From Clostridia bacterium (GTDB taxonomy: Bacteria; Bacillota; Clostridia; Christensenellales; UMGS416), in NCBI GenBank assembly GCA_016938675.1, contig JAFGUF010000023.1, forward strand, positions 32,583 to 96,582: a stretch of DNA of 64,000 nucleotides, in the 5' to 3' direction. The position numbers were made by a program, and so were the translations under genes. Each line of letters opens with the position of its first letter. The stretch's first letter is position 1. The notes beneath the pieces are model-generated. The model saw only the letters and a program-made list of their open reading frames with translations, did not search any database and had not been told where the DNA came from. Shown here piece after piece: positions 51,523 to 61,192 of this stretch.

Positions 51523-52551
51523 CTATTCCCAGTTCAGCACAACTTTTCCGCTTATGCCTTCATTCATCACTTTAAACCCCTCTTCAAATTCTGTATAATG
51601 CATTCTGTGGGTAATCAAGTGTGATATATCCAGTCCGCTTTGCAGCATGGATGTCATCTTATACCATGTATCAAACATTTCTCTGCCATATATTCCTGTA
51701 ATAACGAGACTATTGAATATGACCTTTGACCAGTCGATATCCGCATGTGTCTGCAGCCCCAGCAATGCTATCCTGCCGCCGTGAATCATGTTATCAACCA
51801 TTTGGCTGAATGCGGCCGGGCTCCCTGACATTTCAAAACCTATGTCGAAGCCTTCTTTCATTTTTAGCTTGGCCATAGCTTCCTCTATAGTTCCTTTGGA
51901 TACGTCAACAGCCAGGTCAACGCCCATTTTCTCCGCCATCTTAAGCCTATATGGGTTAACGTCTGTAATTACAACATTCCTTGCACCTGCATGCCTCGCT
52001 ATTGCAGCCGCCATTATTCCTATGGGGCCTGCACCTGTAATAAGCACGTCTTCCCCTATCATTTCATAGGTTAGCGCCGTATGTACTGCATTTCCGAGCG
52101 GGTCAAAGCATGCAATTATATCGTGGTCTATCTTAGGGTCACAAAGCCACACATTGCCTGCCGGAATACAGAGGTATTCAGCGAACGCGCCTGCCCTGTT
52201 GACCCCAACTCCCAATGTATGATTACAAAGATGCCTCCTGCCAGCAAGGCAGTTTCTGCACTTTCCGCATACTATATGCCCTTCGCCTGAAACAAGGTCA
52301 CCCTCTTTAAGCCCGTGTACATTCTCACCAAGCTTAGCAATGTGTCCAACAAACTCGTGCCCTATTACCATGGGCACAGGGATAGTTGCCTGAGACCATT
52401 TGTCCCAGTTGTAGATGTGCAGGTCAGTGCCGCATATAGCGGTCTTTTCAATTTTTATCAGCACTTCCCCTGTCATTGGCTCAGGAATATCTACATCCTC
52501 AAGCCACAACCCTTTTTCAGGATATTTCTTTACTAATGCATGCATCTTCAT
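51523..52551 (-). CDS. tdh: L-threonine 3-dehydrogenase
   Basis: 342-aa Zn-dependent MDR ([27 protein letters not shown]) in a tdh-kbl arrangement. Confidence 0.93.
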   Translation of the reverse strand: MKMHALVKKYPEKGLWLEDVDIPEPMTGEVLIKIEKTAICGTDLHIYNWDKWSQATIPVPMVIGHEFVGHIAKLGENVHGLKEGDLVSGEGHIVCGKCRNCLAGRRHLCNHTLGVGVNRAGAFAEYLCIPAGNVWLCDPKIDHDIIACFDPLGNAVHTALTYEMIGEDVLITGAGPIGIMAAAIARHAGARNVVITDVNPYRLKMAEKMGVDLAVDVSKGTIEEAMAKLKMKEGFDIGFEMSGSPAAFSQMVDNMIHGGRIALLGLQTHADIDWSKVIFNSLVITGIYGREMFDTWYKMTSMLQSGLDISHLITHRMHYTEFEEGFKVMNEGISGKVVLNWE

Positions 52552-52729
52552 GGTTTTGTCCTCTTCATTTAATTTCGGGTAAAGTAATAAAATTATTAGA
52601 TAATTATATCACATTTCTTTATTTTTCAAGTTCAAAACTTAAAAATGATTTATTAATTCGACAAAATCTTTTAATCACCTTTTAAACTTAATGCAAAGGA
52701 TACTTCGCAGAATTAATTTAAGGTTTTCA

Positions 52730-53770
52730 TTATCCCGCATTATATATATCTATCATATCCGGTATATTTGTCCAAATAATTCTGCCGTCACGGACATATT
52801 CATCTATCATCTGAAGCCATTTTTCAAGTAAATCCGTATCCACTGGGCCGCCCAATGACCACGCCGCATAATAGGTGTTAACGGTATTGCTGTCGGTATA
52901 GGCAAGCAGCTCATCCAGCTTGTCTCTCCATGCTTCAATATCCTTAATATCAAATTCAAAGCCTGCCCCACCCTCTGTCAGACCATTCATCTCTTCATAC
53001 GCAGCTGTCAGCCCAAGCCCAGATGGAATTATAATCAGTTTGCCGGCTTCATCATTAATTATCCAGTCAGATCCGCTGCTAGTGCGCCATGGCATAATTG
53101 TCATCGCCGGATCCCATGGGTATGCGGCATGCCCTTCCTTAGGGCTGGCATACGGCTCAAATCCCACAGGCCGCAGACTCTCATCAAGTGACCACAACGA
53201 GTAGCTTACAACCCCTGTCACCGCCTCAAATCCGTTATCAATGCATACCTTTACCCAGTCCTTATCCGATGATACACCAGATACATGCCGTACTGTTACA
53301 TCCAGCGACTCCAGCTGCTTTTTCATTTCTCCGACTTTTCTATTAAATTCTTCAAAGCTTTGTTTTTTACTGCCCCCCTGGTCAGCATGCAGCCCTATAC
53401 CATGGCCTCTTGTTTCCATTTCTTTCAGCACATTATCGCCCCATTGTATGCAGCCATCGGTGAACTCCTTGCTCTCTAAAGTCATTACAGCGCCGTATGT
53501 TTCAAAAAGTGAAGCATACTCTCGAACCAGCTCTGCGTGCCTTTCAAATTTTTCTTCAGACCTTGCATCATCCCAGCCTTCAAGATGAATCATGACCGTG
53601 AAATAAATGTCTCCTTCTCCATCAGGAGTGCCCTCCGAAGCACTTTCTGGTTTGCTGACTAAGGGTGGTTCATCCGTTGGAATGGTATCGCCTTTATCAA
53701 AAAAAGCGCTGCATCCTGCTGAAAATACCAGTAAAATTATTATAATAAATAAGATTTTGTTATTTTTCAT
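52730..53770 (-). CDS. lipoprotein of uncertain function (possibly a polysaccharide-deacetylase-like fold)
   Basis: Lipobox LVFSAGC. Start at 53770 (GGGAGG 5 nt upstream). I recognised no confident catalytic motif. Confidence 0.5.
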   Translation of the reverse strand: MKNNKILFIIIILLVFSAGCSAFFDKGDTIPTDEPPLVSKPESASEGTPDGEGDIYFTVMIHLEGWDDARSEEKFERHAELVREYASLFETYGAVMTLESKEFTDGCIQWGDNVLKEMETRGHGIGLHADQGGSKKQSFEEFNRKVGEMKKQLESLDVTVRHVSGVSSDKDWVKVCIDNGFEAVTGVVSYSLWSLDESLRPVGFEPYASPKEGHAAYPWDPAMTIMPWRTSSGSDWIINDEAGKLIIIPSGLGLTAAYEEMNGLTEGGAGFEFDIKDIEAWRDKLDELLAYTDSNTVNTYYAAWSLGGPVDTDLLEKWLQMIDEYVRDGRIIWTNIPDMIDIYNAG

Positions 53771-53861
53771 GGCCGCCTCCCTTTGCACTTTCATTCTCTA
53801 ATATTTCATCCTTCCTTTATTTAATATTTTTATCACGATACTAAACAATTCTTTATGATAA

Positions 53862-53895
53862 GGAAAAATAAAAGCCCCGCAGAATACTGCAGGGC
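53862..53895 (-). terminator. intrinsic terminator of the 53927..54733 gene
   Basis: Minus strand: GCCCTGCAG-tatt-CTGCGGGGC followed by TTTTATTTTTCC. Confidence 0.75.
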
Positions 53896-53926
53896 AATTT
53901 TTCAAAATTATGTTTTTATTGTGCCT

Positions 53927-54733
53927 TTATTCAGCCGGCGCTTCTTCAACAGTTCCTTCTGCATCCGCAGGCGCTTCTGTCAGCTCATCAAGCGGAGCCA
54001 TTTGATCCAGCTCTTCCTTGTTGATTTCCTTTATCTCACTCATGCAGTTGTCGCACGGATCTGCTTTTCCCGCTTCTATTGCTTCAGCTACAGTTCCGCT
54101 TGTTTTGGTTGATGAGTCAGCAATATAGTAGCATTCGCCGTCAAGATGCATGCTCTTTCCGTATTGTGTCCAGTAAACTATAATGTCACCGTTTTCATCA
54201 ACCTCATATTCATCAGGTGAATAGTGGCTCTTTATCAATGCTTCAACATTCTGTGAGTCTCCAGGTGAAACAGGATTATAGTCAACTGATGCAGCAGATG
54301 AGCCAACCAACAGCAATGCAACAATTACTAAAAGTGTCTTTTTAGCTTTAGCGTCCAGTTTGTCAGTACCTAAAATCAGAAGAATACCGAAAGGAACGAA
54401 TGCAATTATGCATACGATAACGCCAAGCTGATCCCAGAAGAATTTAACAACCTTGTTGGTTGATTTGCTTGGTTTGATTCTGTTAGCTTTCTTCCAAAGC
54501 AGTGCACCAACGATGCAGAATATTGCATCTACTACAAGTATGCCTATAAACCAATATAACAATGCGTTAGTATCATTGTATCCTGCACCTAATAGTTTAT
54601 ATAATACTGTTTCGTTTGTTGTTAATAACAAATATATTGCTGCAACTTCACATGCAATTGCTAAAATCCAAAGTATAACTGCGCCAAGGCGTAATCCTTT
54701 TACACCCTTATACAATTCCTTTTTCTCCGCCAT
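53927..54733 (-). CDS. four-TM membrane protein with a Cys-containing extracytoplasmic C-terminal domain and an acidic tail
   Basis: Start at 54733 (AGGAGG 7 nt upstream). C-terminal YGKSMHLDGECYY...AIEAGKADPCDNC motif. Confidence 0.6.
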   Translation of the reverse strand: MAEKKELYKGVKGLRLGAVILWILAIACEVAAIYLLLTTNETVLYKLLGAGYNDTNALLYWFIGILVVDAIFCIVGALLWKKANRIKPSKSTNKVVKFFWDQLGVIVCIIAFVPFGILLILGTDKLDAKAKKTLLVIVALLLVGSSAASVDYNPVSPGDSQNVEALIKSHYSPDEYEVDENGDIIVYWTQYGKSMHLDGECYYIADSSTKTSGTVAEAIEAGKADPCDNCMSEIKEINKEELDQMAPLDELTEAPADAEGTVEEAPAE

Positions 54734-54859
54734 TTTCTTACCTCCTAAATTCAATCATATAATTATTATATATGTATTTCTTTTTACATTATACCAATCA
54801 TGGTTACTTGTTGCAATGCTTTTTATAAATAGAACAATTACAAGAAAATGCTGCTCTTA

Positions 54860-55924
54860 CTATTGCAGACTATTATTTTCAGTCAAAGACTTCTTTATTT
54901 TCGTATACCTTGCGCAAAGCAGAATAAGCAAAACAATCACTGTAACGGCTAGCACTGTAAGGCCTATTATATAAAGGCTGTAAACATATATCATCACCCC
55001 GAAGAAAGCAAAAGAAACCTGAATGGCAGCCAATATTACTACAACAATCAGCGAGTCATCAATTTTTTCACTGAGCAAGTGATGGAAATGATATTTATCA
55101 GCTGCAAAAATCGGCTTTCTGAATATGAGCCTTCTGATAACGGAAGTAATTAAATCCATCAGCGGCACAAACAGAAGGTAAATAGGAACAATCACATAAA
55201 GCACAGATTCAGCCTTTGTCGTAGATACAAGCGATAAAATGCCAATAATAAACCCCAGAAGCATGCTGCCCGCATCACCCATAAATATCAACGCCTTGTG
55301 CCTGTTATACGGTATGAAACCTATGACTCCGCCTATTGCTGCGATGCTTACTATAAGGCCAAACTCATATCTTCCCTGAATAGACAATATAATCGAAAAC
55401 CCAAAAAGCGCAATCAATGAAAAATAGCTTGAGAGTCCGTCAATTCCGTCTGTGAAATTTATGGCATTAATAATAGCTGTAACCCAAAAAATAACTACGG
55501 CACCTAAAGCGATTGATATCAGGAGGCTCTCATGCAGTATGTTCCATTGAAAATATGAAAAATAGAAAGTCAGATATATTGCTGCAGCCAGCAAAACCAT
55601 GGCACCGAATCTCAATTTTGCACTTATGTTTTTTACATCGTCTATCAGTGCGAGGATTTCTATAAGGGTAGCTCCCAAAATAACTGCAATCTTAACCAGC
55701 TTCATCCCGTGATAGGAAAAAAGCGCAATTGTAATAACAAATGCAGCGTATATAGCAAGCCCTCCGAGCAATGGAGTGTTTTCCTTATGCATTTTTCTGT
55801 GATTAGGTTTATCTACAATACTGTATTTTTTAGCAATCAGTATCATAACCGGGGTCAAAAATAGTGATAACAGTGATGACATAGCAAAACTTGATACTAC
55901 TTTTGTTAAATCCAAAATTGTCAT
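54860..55924 (-). CDS. tagO: glycosyltransferase family 4 (MraY/WecA/TagO-like undecaprenyl-phosphate GlcNAc-1-phosphate transferase)
   Basis: Polytopic membrane protein with DDVKNISAKLRF and NAINFTDGIDGL motifs. Confidence 0.85.
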   Translation of the reverse strand: MTILDLTKVVSSFAMSSLLSLFLTPVMILIAKKYSIVDKPNHRKMHKENTPLLGGLAIYAAFVITIALFSYHGMKLVKIAVILGATLIEILALIDDVKNISAKLRFGAMVLLAAAIYLTFYFSYFQWNILHESLLISIALGAVVIFWVTAIINAINFTDGIDGLSSYFSLIALFGFSIILSIQGRYEFGLIVSIAAIGGVIGFIPYNRHKALIFMGDAGSMLLGFIIGILSLVSTTKAESVLYVIVPIYLLFVPLMDLITSVIRRLIFRKPIFAADKYHFHHLLSEKIDDSLIVVVILAAIQVSFAFFGVMIYVYSLYIIGLTVLAVTVIVLLILLCARYTKIKKSLTENNSLQ

Positions 55925-56052
55925 ATATTCATTTACCTTTTCCTGAATTGTGGCTTCATATATCCAGCGTTTACTTCCAGTATATGCTAGCAGAAATAAA
56001 ACACAATGTCAAACAAATAAATACAGATATTCATTCTGTCTTTCATTTATAA

Positions 56053-56088
56053 TTTCGGGGGAGACTCACTGATGAATCTCCCCCGAAA
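56053..56088 (-). terminator. hairpin terminator downstream of the diguanylate cyclase gene
   Basis: TTTCGGGGGAGA (56053..56064) pairs with TCTCCCCCGAAA (56077..56088). Confidence 0.7.
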
Positions 56089-56108
56089 GCAAATTACTGA
56101 ATTGATTT

Positions 56109-57659
56109 TTAAAGAACCTTATCGTCGCCCTTGCTTATAAAGTAAGCATTCTTTGTGGAGTATTTTACCTTGTACATTGCATTATCAGCTACCTTGTACA
56201 GGTCATCAACTGACCTTGCATGATCAGGATAGATTGCTACGCCTACGCTGACGCCAACGTGGTATTCGTTATCATCTATAATCATTACTTCGTCAATCGT
56301 CCTAACAACCTTGTTCGCAACATACCTTATCTGGTCAACGCTGTTGTAGCTAATGAGCATCGCGAACTCGTCTCCGCCGAATCTGGACACGAGGTCTTCA
56401 CGCCTTGCAGCCATTACCAGCCTGTTTGCCACCACACGAAGAACTTTGTCGCCTGTATTATGCCCGTAGCTGTCGTTAATATCTTTAAATCCATCTAGGT
56501 CCATAAAGAGAATGGCGTATTTAGCCTCCGGATCCTGCTCAATTATTCCTTCAAACAGTTCTGTGAAGTACGCTCTGTTCAATAGTCCTGTCAAGGTATC
56601 CACCTGCGCCATCTTCGTGGTTTTAGCTGCCAGCTTTCGCCTATTGTTTTGCGCTATGTAAAGTAATATTGTAATAGCAAGCGAAATCGCCGAAATAAGC
56701 CCGCCTAGCATGATGGATACTCTTTTTTCTATTTGCGTTTTCTCATTATAATATGCTGTGGGAAGAGTAAGGATGTATACGTATGTTCCCGGGGATACAT
56801 ATGTGTGCCTCTCTCCGTAATAGTTTGAAACCGGCATCTGGAACTTTTGATAGTATGCCTGGCCGTCAATTGATGCAAAGTTGCCGTTGTTTTCATCAGA
56901 ATATATTAAATCACGTCCGACATCAGTTCCTTGCACTTCGCTTAAGGTCATGGCTTCTGCTCCACGTGCTTTGTCTATATCTGAATAAATATAGACTGCG
57001 TCGCCCCCTTGAATCTCAAGCATTTCGTATTTAATGTTGGCATTTGCAAGGGCACGCCTAACGTCCTTAATAATAACGTCAAGATATGGTTCAAGGATAA
57101 CATATCCCAAAACTTCTCCACGGTTATTTTTCATAGGAACAGTTACTGTAAATGTAACTTCCTTTACTTCATCAGAATGGTTGAATTCAGAAATATAGGC
57201 ATATAGATCAGGAGCTTCTGCAGCTTCACTTTCATATGCATTTATCATAAATTCCGGTATTGTAGTATCTTTCGGCTTGCCTGCAGAAACCTTGTAACCG
57301 TCATTTTGAACATACGTAACAGCGGCATATTTGCCGGTGTTACTAATGAAGTTTTCAAATATGCGCTCAAGATTCAGCCTTACGTATCCTACATATAATA
57401 TTTCTTCTTCTACATAGCTTCTGGTAAGCGCTTCAATATTCAACGCATCTCCCACAATACTGTTATACTGAGCAGCGATCTGGATCTCCGCAATATCATA
57501 TAGGTTATTTACTTCTATTTCTGTCGACTGACTTTTGGTAATGCGAATTGCACCCAAGATACTGCCTGTAATAAATACAATTGCCACAATACTTACAAAA
57601 AGGTATGTTACTATTAATGGTATTCCACGCCGGGTTTTTGTAGTTGATAATTGATTCAT
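56109..57659 (-). CDS. membrane-bound diguanylate cyclase with an extracytoplasmic (Cache-like) sensor domain
   Basis: Two TM segments flank a loop of about 290 aa. C-terminal GGDEF domain (RFGGDEFAML) with an RxxD I-site (RRED) 5 residues upstream. Confidence 0.9.
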   Translation of the reverse strand: MNQLSTTKTRRGIPLIVTYLFVSIVAIVFITGSILGAIRITKSQSTEIEVNNLYDIAEIQIAAQYNSIVGDALNIEALTRSYVEEEILYVGYVRLNLERIFENFISNTGKYAAVTYVQNDGYKVSAGKPKDTTIPEFMINAYESEAAEAPDLYAYISEFNHSDEVKEVTFTVTVPMKNNRGEVLGYVILEPYLDVIIKDVRRALANANIKYEMLEIQGGDAVYIYSDIDKARGAEAMTLSEVQGTDVGRDLIYSDENNGNFASIDGQAYYQKFQMPVSNYYGERHTYVSPGTYVYILTLPTAYYNEKTQIEKRVSIMLGGLISAISLAITILLYIAQNNRRKLAAKTTKMAQVDTLTGLLNRAYFTELFEGIIEQDPEAKYAILFMDLDGFKDINDSYGHNTGDKVLRVVANRLVMAARREDLVSRFGGDEFAMLISYNSVDQIRYVANKVVRTIDEVMIIDDNEYHVGVSVGVAIYPDHARSVDDLYKVADNAMYKVKYSTKNAYFISKGDDKVL

Positions 57660-57854
57660 AGAAAATTATACCCCAATCTGATTAATAATCTTATAATCTT
57701 CTTCCCCCATATTCTATAAAAGAATATAATCTTATATATCTTGCTCTAAACATTTATTATACATATCTGTTCTATAAAAATCAAAAACATTTTTCTTTTT
57801 TTTTCAATTATTTGTGCTATACTATTATAAAATTTACAAAACGCATAAATATTC

Positions 57855-58385
57855 ATGATTAGGAATAAAAGTATCATGCTCAATTTCAAAATTGATTATG
57901 CTGCATTGAAAGATGTAAAGCAGATAAATAATATAGTAAATTACTACATTGAAACAAGCGGAGCAAACTGGGCTTGGGAGCCTCGCAGATTGAAGGATGC
58001 CAAGCGCTGGTTTTTGTCTCACGATTTTTCATTGCACCCTATATTAGTCGCAAGGGCAGAGGGCGGAAAGGTTTTAGGCTATGCAAGCCTATCACCATTC
58101 AGGCCTAAGGAAGGATATTGGCCGGTCGCTGAAATATCAATATATGTAGACAAAGATTATCATAATATGAAAATAGGCAAAATGCTGATGGAAAAACTTA
58201 TAGAGGATGCATATTCATCCAAACTTGAAGTTATTACAGCATGGATAGACTCAGAGAACAAAAAAAGCATCGACTTCCATAACAAATGGGGATTTGAAAC
58301 AATAGGAGAATTAAAAAACGTTGGTGATAAATGGAACACGCGACGGTCAGTAACCATAATGCAGCTTTCTGTAATAAAAAAATAG
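57855..58385 (+). CDS. GNAT family N-acetyltransferase (phosphinothricin acetyltransferase-like)
   Basis: INNIVNYYIETS...ISIYVDKDYHNMKIGKMLMEKL...GFETIGELKNVG. The start may instead be the internal Met at 57876. Confidence 0.85.
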   Translation: MIRNKSIMLNFKIDYAALKDVKQINNIVNYYIETSGANWAWEPRRLKDAKRWFLSHDFSLHPILVARAEGGKVLGYASLSPFRPKEGYWPVAEISIYVDKDYHNMKIGKMLMEKLIEDAYSSKLEVITAWIDSENKKSIDFHNKWGFETIGELKNVGDKWNTRRSVTIMQLSVIKK

Positions 58386-58420
58386 ATACGCTGCACGAGC
58401 ATCATTATAAAGGAGGATTT

Positions 58421-60043
58421 ATGATAACTGGAGCACAAGCAATAATAAAATGCCTAGAAGAAAAACAAGTGGAATATATATTCGGATACCCTGGACTTGC
58501 TGTCTGCCCTATTTATGATGAAATGCTCAATTCAAGTATAAAGCATATACTGGTGCGTCAGGAGCAAAACGCCGGGCACAATGCAAACGGCTACGCAAGA
58601 ATAAGCGGAAAGCCGGGCGTATGTATGACAACCTCCGGCCCGGGAGCTGCCAACTTAATTACTGCTCTTGCCACAGCGCATACTGACAGTATACCTATTA
58701 TTGCATTTACCGGACAGGTGGCAAAGGATTTAATTGGAACGGACAGTTTTCAGGAAGCTGATATATTCGGCTGCACGCAGCCCTTTGTAAAGCATAGCTA
58801 TATGGTCATGGACGCTAATGACATCCCAAGAATAATCAATGAAGCATTCTACATCGCAAATACCGGAAGAAAAGGCCCTGTTTTAATAGACATACCAATG
58901 GATGTACAAAATCAGGTAATGGATGAATTTGAACAGTGTGAGCAAAACGATGTCCAAGGATATCATGTTCCCAAATATGCCAGCGAAGCATCCATTAAAG
59001 AAGTGATCGATATTATATCATCCGCCAAAAAGCCATTGATTTGTGTAGGAGGCGGCGTACACCTATCAGATGCCAGGGATGAAGTCATTACATTAAGCGA
59101 AAAATATAATATTCCGGCTATAGGCACAATGATGGGCATAGGCACTTTCCCCAGCACCCACAGGAATTATTTCGGCATGCTGGGCTCCCATGGGAAAAAA
59201 TACTCCAACTATGCAATAAATAAGTCCGATGTGCTTATAATTTTTGGCGCAAGGGTGGGCAACCGTGCCTTTGGCAACCCCAAGGCAATAAATAAAAGCA
59301 CGACAATTATTCACGTAGAAATTGACCCTGCGGAGATCGGCAAAAATATTCCAGCCAACGTATCTGTAATCGGAGATATAAAATGCGTCATCAATCAGAT
59401 ATTAGAGCACGATATTAATCTCAATACTGCAAAATGGATAGAAGAACTCAACGCCGAAAAAGCTAAATACATATTTGACCACGAGGAAAGAGAAGGCTCT
59501 CTTAATCCGAAGGGCTTTGTGAGAATGCTTTCTTTGGCTATGGATGACGACTCAATCTACTGTGCTGACGTAGGTCAAAATCAGATATGGTCATCTAATA
59601 ATGTGCTGATGCGCGGAGGGAGATTTTTGACTTCCGGAGGAATGGGCACAATGGGCTATTCTATACCCGCTGCAATAGGAGCAGCATTCGCAGCAGATAA
59701 TAAGCAGGTAGTAGCAGTATGTGGAGACGGATCATTCCAGATGAGCATGTGCGAGCTGGCAACCGCCATTCAGTACAAGCTGAATGTAAAAATAGTTATA
59801 ATGAAAAATAATTATCTGGGCATGGTACGCGAAGCGCAGGTCACATCCTTTAAAAACGGCCCCAGTGGAGTTTGGCTGGGTGATGATTTGTTTGACATAT
59901 GTACTCTGGTATCAGCATACGGCATCCCCGGAGAAAAAGTCCATTCACTAAAAGAAGCTAAAAGCGCAATAGACAGGATGCTGAAAAGCGAGGGCGTATA
60001 TGTGCTGGAATGCTATGTTGACCCATCTGAGAAATCTCTATAA
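58421..60043 (+). CDS. ilvB: thiamine-pyrophosphate enzyme, acetolactate synthase large-subunit-like
   Basis: ITGAQAIIKCLEE...GYPG..., TPP motif GGMGTMGYSIPAAIGA...CGDGSFQM. AGGAGG lies 4 nt upstream of the ATG at 58421. No small subunit gene is adjacent. Confidence 0.85.
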   Translation: MITGAQAIIKCLEEKQVEYIFGYPGLAVCPIYDEMLNSSIKHILVRQEQNAGHNANGYARISGKPGVCMTTSGPGAANLITALATAHTDSIPIIAFTGQVAKDLIGTDSFQEADIFGCTQPFVKHSYMVMDANDIPRIINEAFYIANTGRKGPVLIDIPMDVQNQVMDEFEQCEQNDVQGYHVPKYASEASIKEVIDIISSAKKPLICVGGGVHLSDARDEVITLSEKYNIPAIGTMMGIGTFPSTHRNYFGMLGSHGKKYSNYAINKSDVLIIFGARVGNRAFGNPKAINKSTTIIHVEIDPAEIGKNIPANVSVIGDIKCVINQILEHDINLNTAKWIEELNAEKAKYIFDHEEREGSLNPKGFVRMLSLAMDDDSIYCADVGQNQIWSSNNVLMRGGRFLTSGGMGTMGYSIPAAIGAAFAADNKQVVAVCGDGSFQMSMCELATAIQYKLNVKIVIMKNNYLGMVREAQVTSFKNGPSGVWLGDDLFDICTLVSAYGIPGEKVHSLKEAKSAIDRMLKSEGVYVLECYVDPSEKSL

Positions 60044-60063
60044 TTTACATATAATATTATTAT

Positions 60064-60100
60064 CACTCTTTCACACACAATGAAAGAGTGCTTTTATTTT
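60064..60100 (+). terminator. intrinsic terminator after the TPP enzyme gene
   Basis: CACTCTTTC-acacacaat-GAAAGAGTG followed by CTTTTATTTT. Confidence 0.8.
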
Positions 60101-60118
60101 ATTATCTTCTAGCGTTAT

Positions 60119-60147
60119 TTGACAAAAAGCAAGCTAAAATGTATAGT
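60119..60147 (+). promoter_or_regulatory. promoter of the DUF896-methyltransferase operon
   Basis: TTGACA (60119..60124), 17 nt, TATAGT (60142..60147). Confidence 0.6.
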
Positions 60148-60204
60148 ACATTAAAAAGACGATACTTAGTAAATTATTATAATAAATACTGCAGGTATAT
60201 AAAA

Positions 60205-60426
60205 ATGAAAGATGAACAAATAAACAGAATTAATGAACTCTACGCCAAATCAAAATCCACCGGATTAACTGATGAAGAAGCTGCTGAACAGGCAGAACTC
60301 CGCCAGATGTATGTGGCGCAAGTACGCCAAAACATGAAAGCTACTCTTGATAATACAATGATACAAAATCCGGACGGAACTACAGAGAAGCTAAAATCAC
60401 GAGCTGACAGTGGAGAAAAGCATTGA
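60205..60426 (+). CDS. DUF896 (UPF0291, YnzC-like) family protein
   Basis: 73 aa. MKDEQINRINELYAKSKSTGLTDEEAAEQAELRQMYV... The ORF-track N-terminal extension from 60088 overlaps the promoter. Confidence 0.75.
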   Translation: MKDEQINRINELYAKSKSTGLTDEEAAEQAELRQMYVAQVRQNMKATLDNTMIQNPDGTTEKLKSRADSGEKH

Positions 60427-61163
60427 TGCAAGGCGATAGCAACGAATATATAGATATATACGATAATAATGTTTCATATTATATCCGCTGCGAACACCTC
60501 GCAAGATATATATATGCCAGCGAACAGATACGAAAGCGTAAGATAAAATGCGTTCTGGACGCAGCCTGCGGCAGCGGCTATGGCAGCTATGAGCTGGCTA
60601 AATACGCAGAAGAAGTAATATCAATTGATCAAAAACCCATTTACAATCAATACAAAAAAGCAAATATAAAATTCTTTGCCTCAGATTTGAACAAAAACAA
60701 CTGGGTGGATTCTTTGCCTGCAGATGCACGGCTGGACGCGGCAATTTGCTTCGAGACATTGGAGCATATTAATAATCCTGAAAGCTTTCTAGTCGAAATT
60801 TCGAAAATCATTAAAAAGAAAGGGCTACTTTTCATTTCTGTACCTGACGGCAATTTCGAAAAGGTAGATAAGAATGAAAATATCCTAAACCCCTTTCATC
60901 TTCATAGTTTCAGCGAAGAAGACATAAAGAACATTATTGAAAAATGCGGTTTCTCCGTCATTCGTACTCTTTATCAGCCTGTATCGTCAGCAATATACAG
61001 AAATGAAGCCAGAGCTTTGCGCGACCTGAAAGCCGAAAAAAATCTCGCTCTGAAAATGTGGCCCTCGACGAAAAATATCCATTATTATGCGCGGCTATAC
61101 GCCTGGCCGGACGAAAACAAGGGACAGTCCTACTCTATTATGCTGATGTGTGAAAAAAACTAA
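60423..61163 (+). CDS. class I SAM-dependent methyltransferase
   Basis: Motif I VLDAACGSGYGS and motif post-I ISIDQ. 4-nt overlap with the DUF896 gene. Confidence 0.85.
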   Translation: MMQGDSNEYIDIYDNNVSYYIRCEHLARYIYASEQIRKRKIKCVLDAACGSGYGSYELAKYAEEVISIDQKPIYNQYKKANIKFFASDLNKNNWVDSLPADARLDAAICFETLEHINNPESFLVEISKIIKKKGLLFISVPDGNFEKVDKNENILNPFHLHSFSEEDIKNIIEKCGFSVIRTLYQPVSSAIYRNEARALRDLKAEKNLALKMWPSTKNIHYYARLYAWPDENKGQSYSIMLMCEKN

Positions 61164-61192
61164 AAAATTTTAATTATATTTCTGGAGTCAAA

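Noticed and set aside
60088-60204. N-terminal 39-aa extension of the DUF896 ORF
   Set aside because: It overlaps the upstream terminator and the TTGACA-17-TATAGT promoter. The DUF896 homology begins at the Met at 60205.
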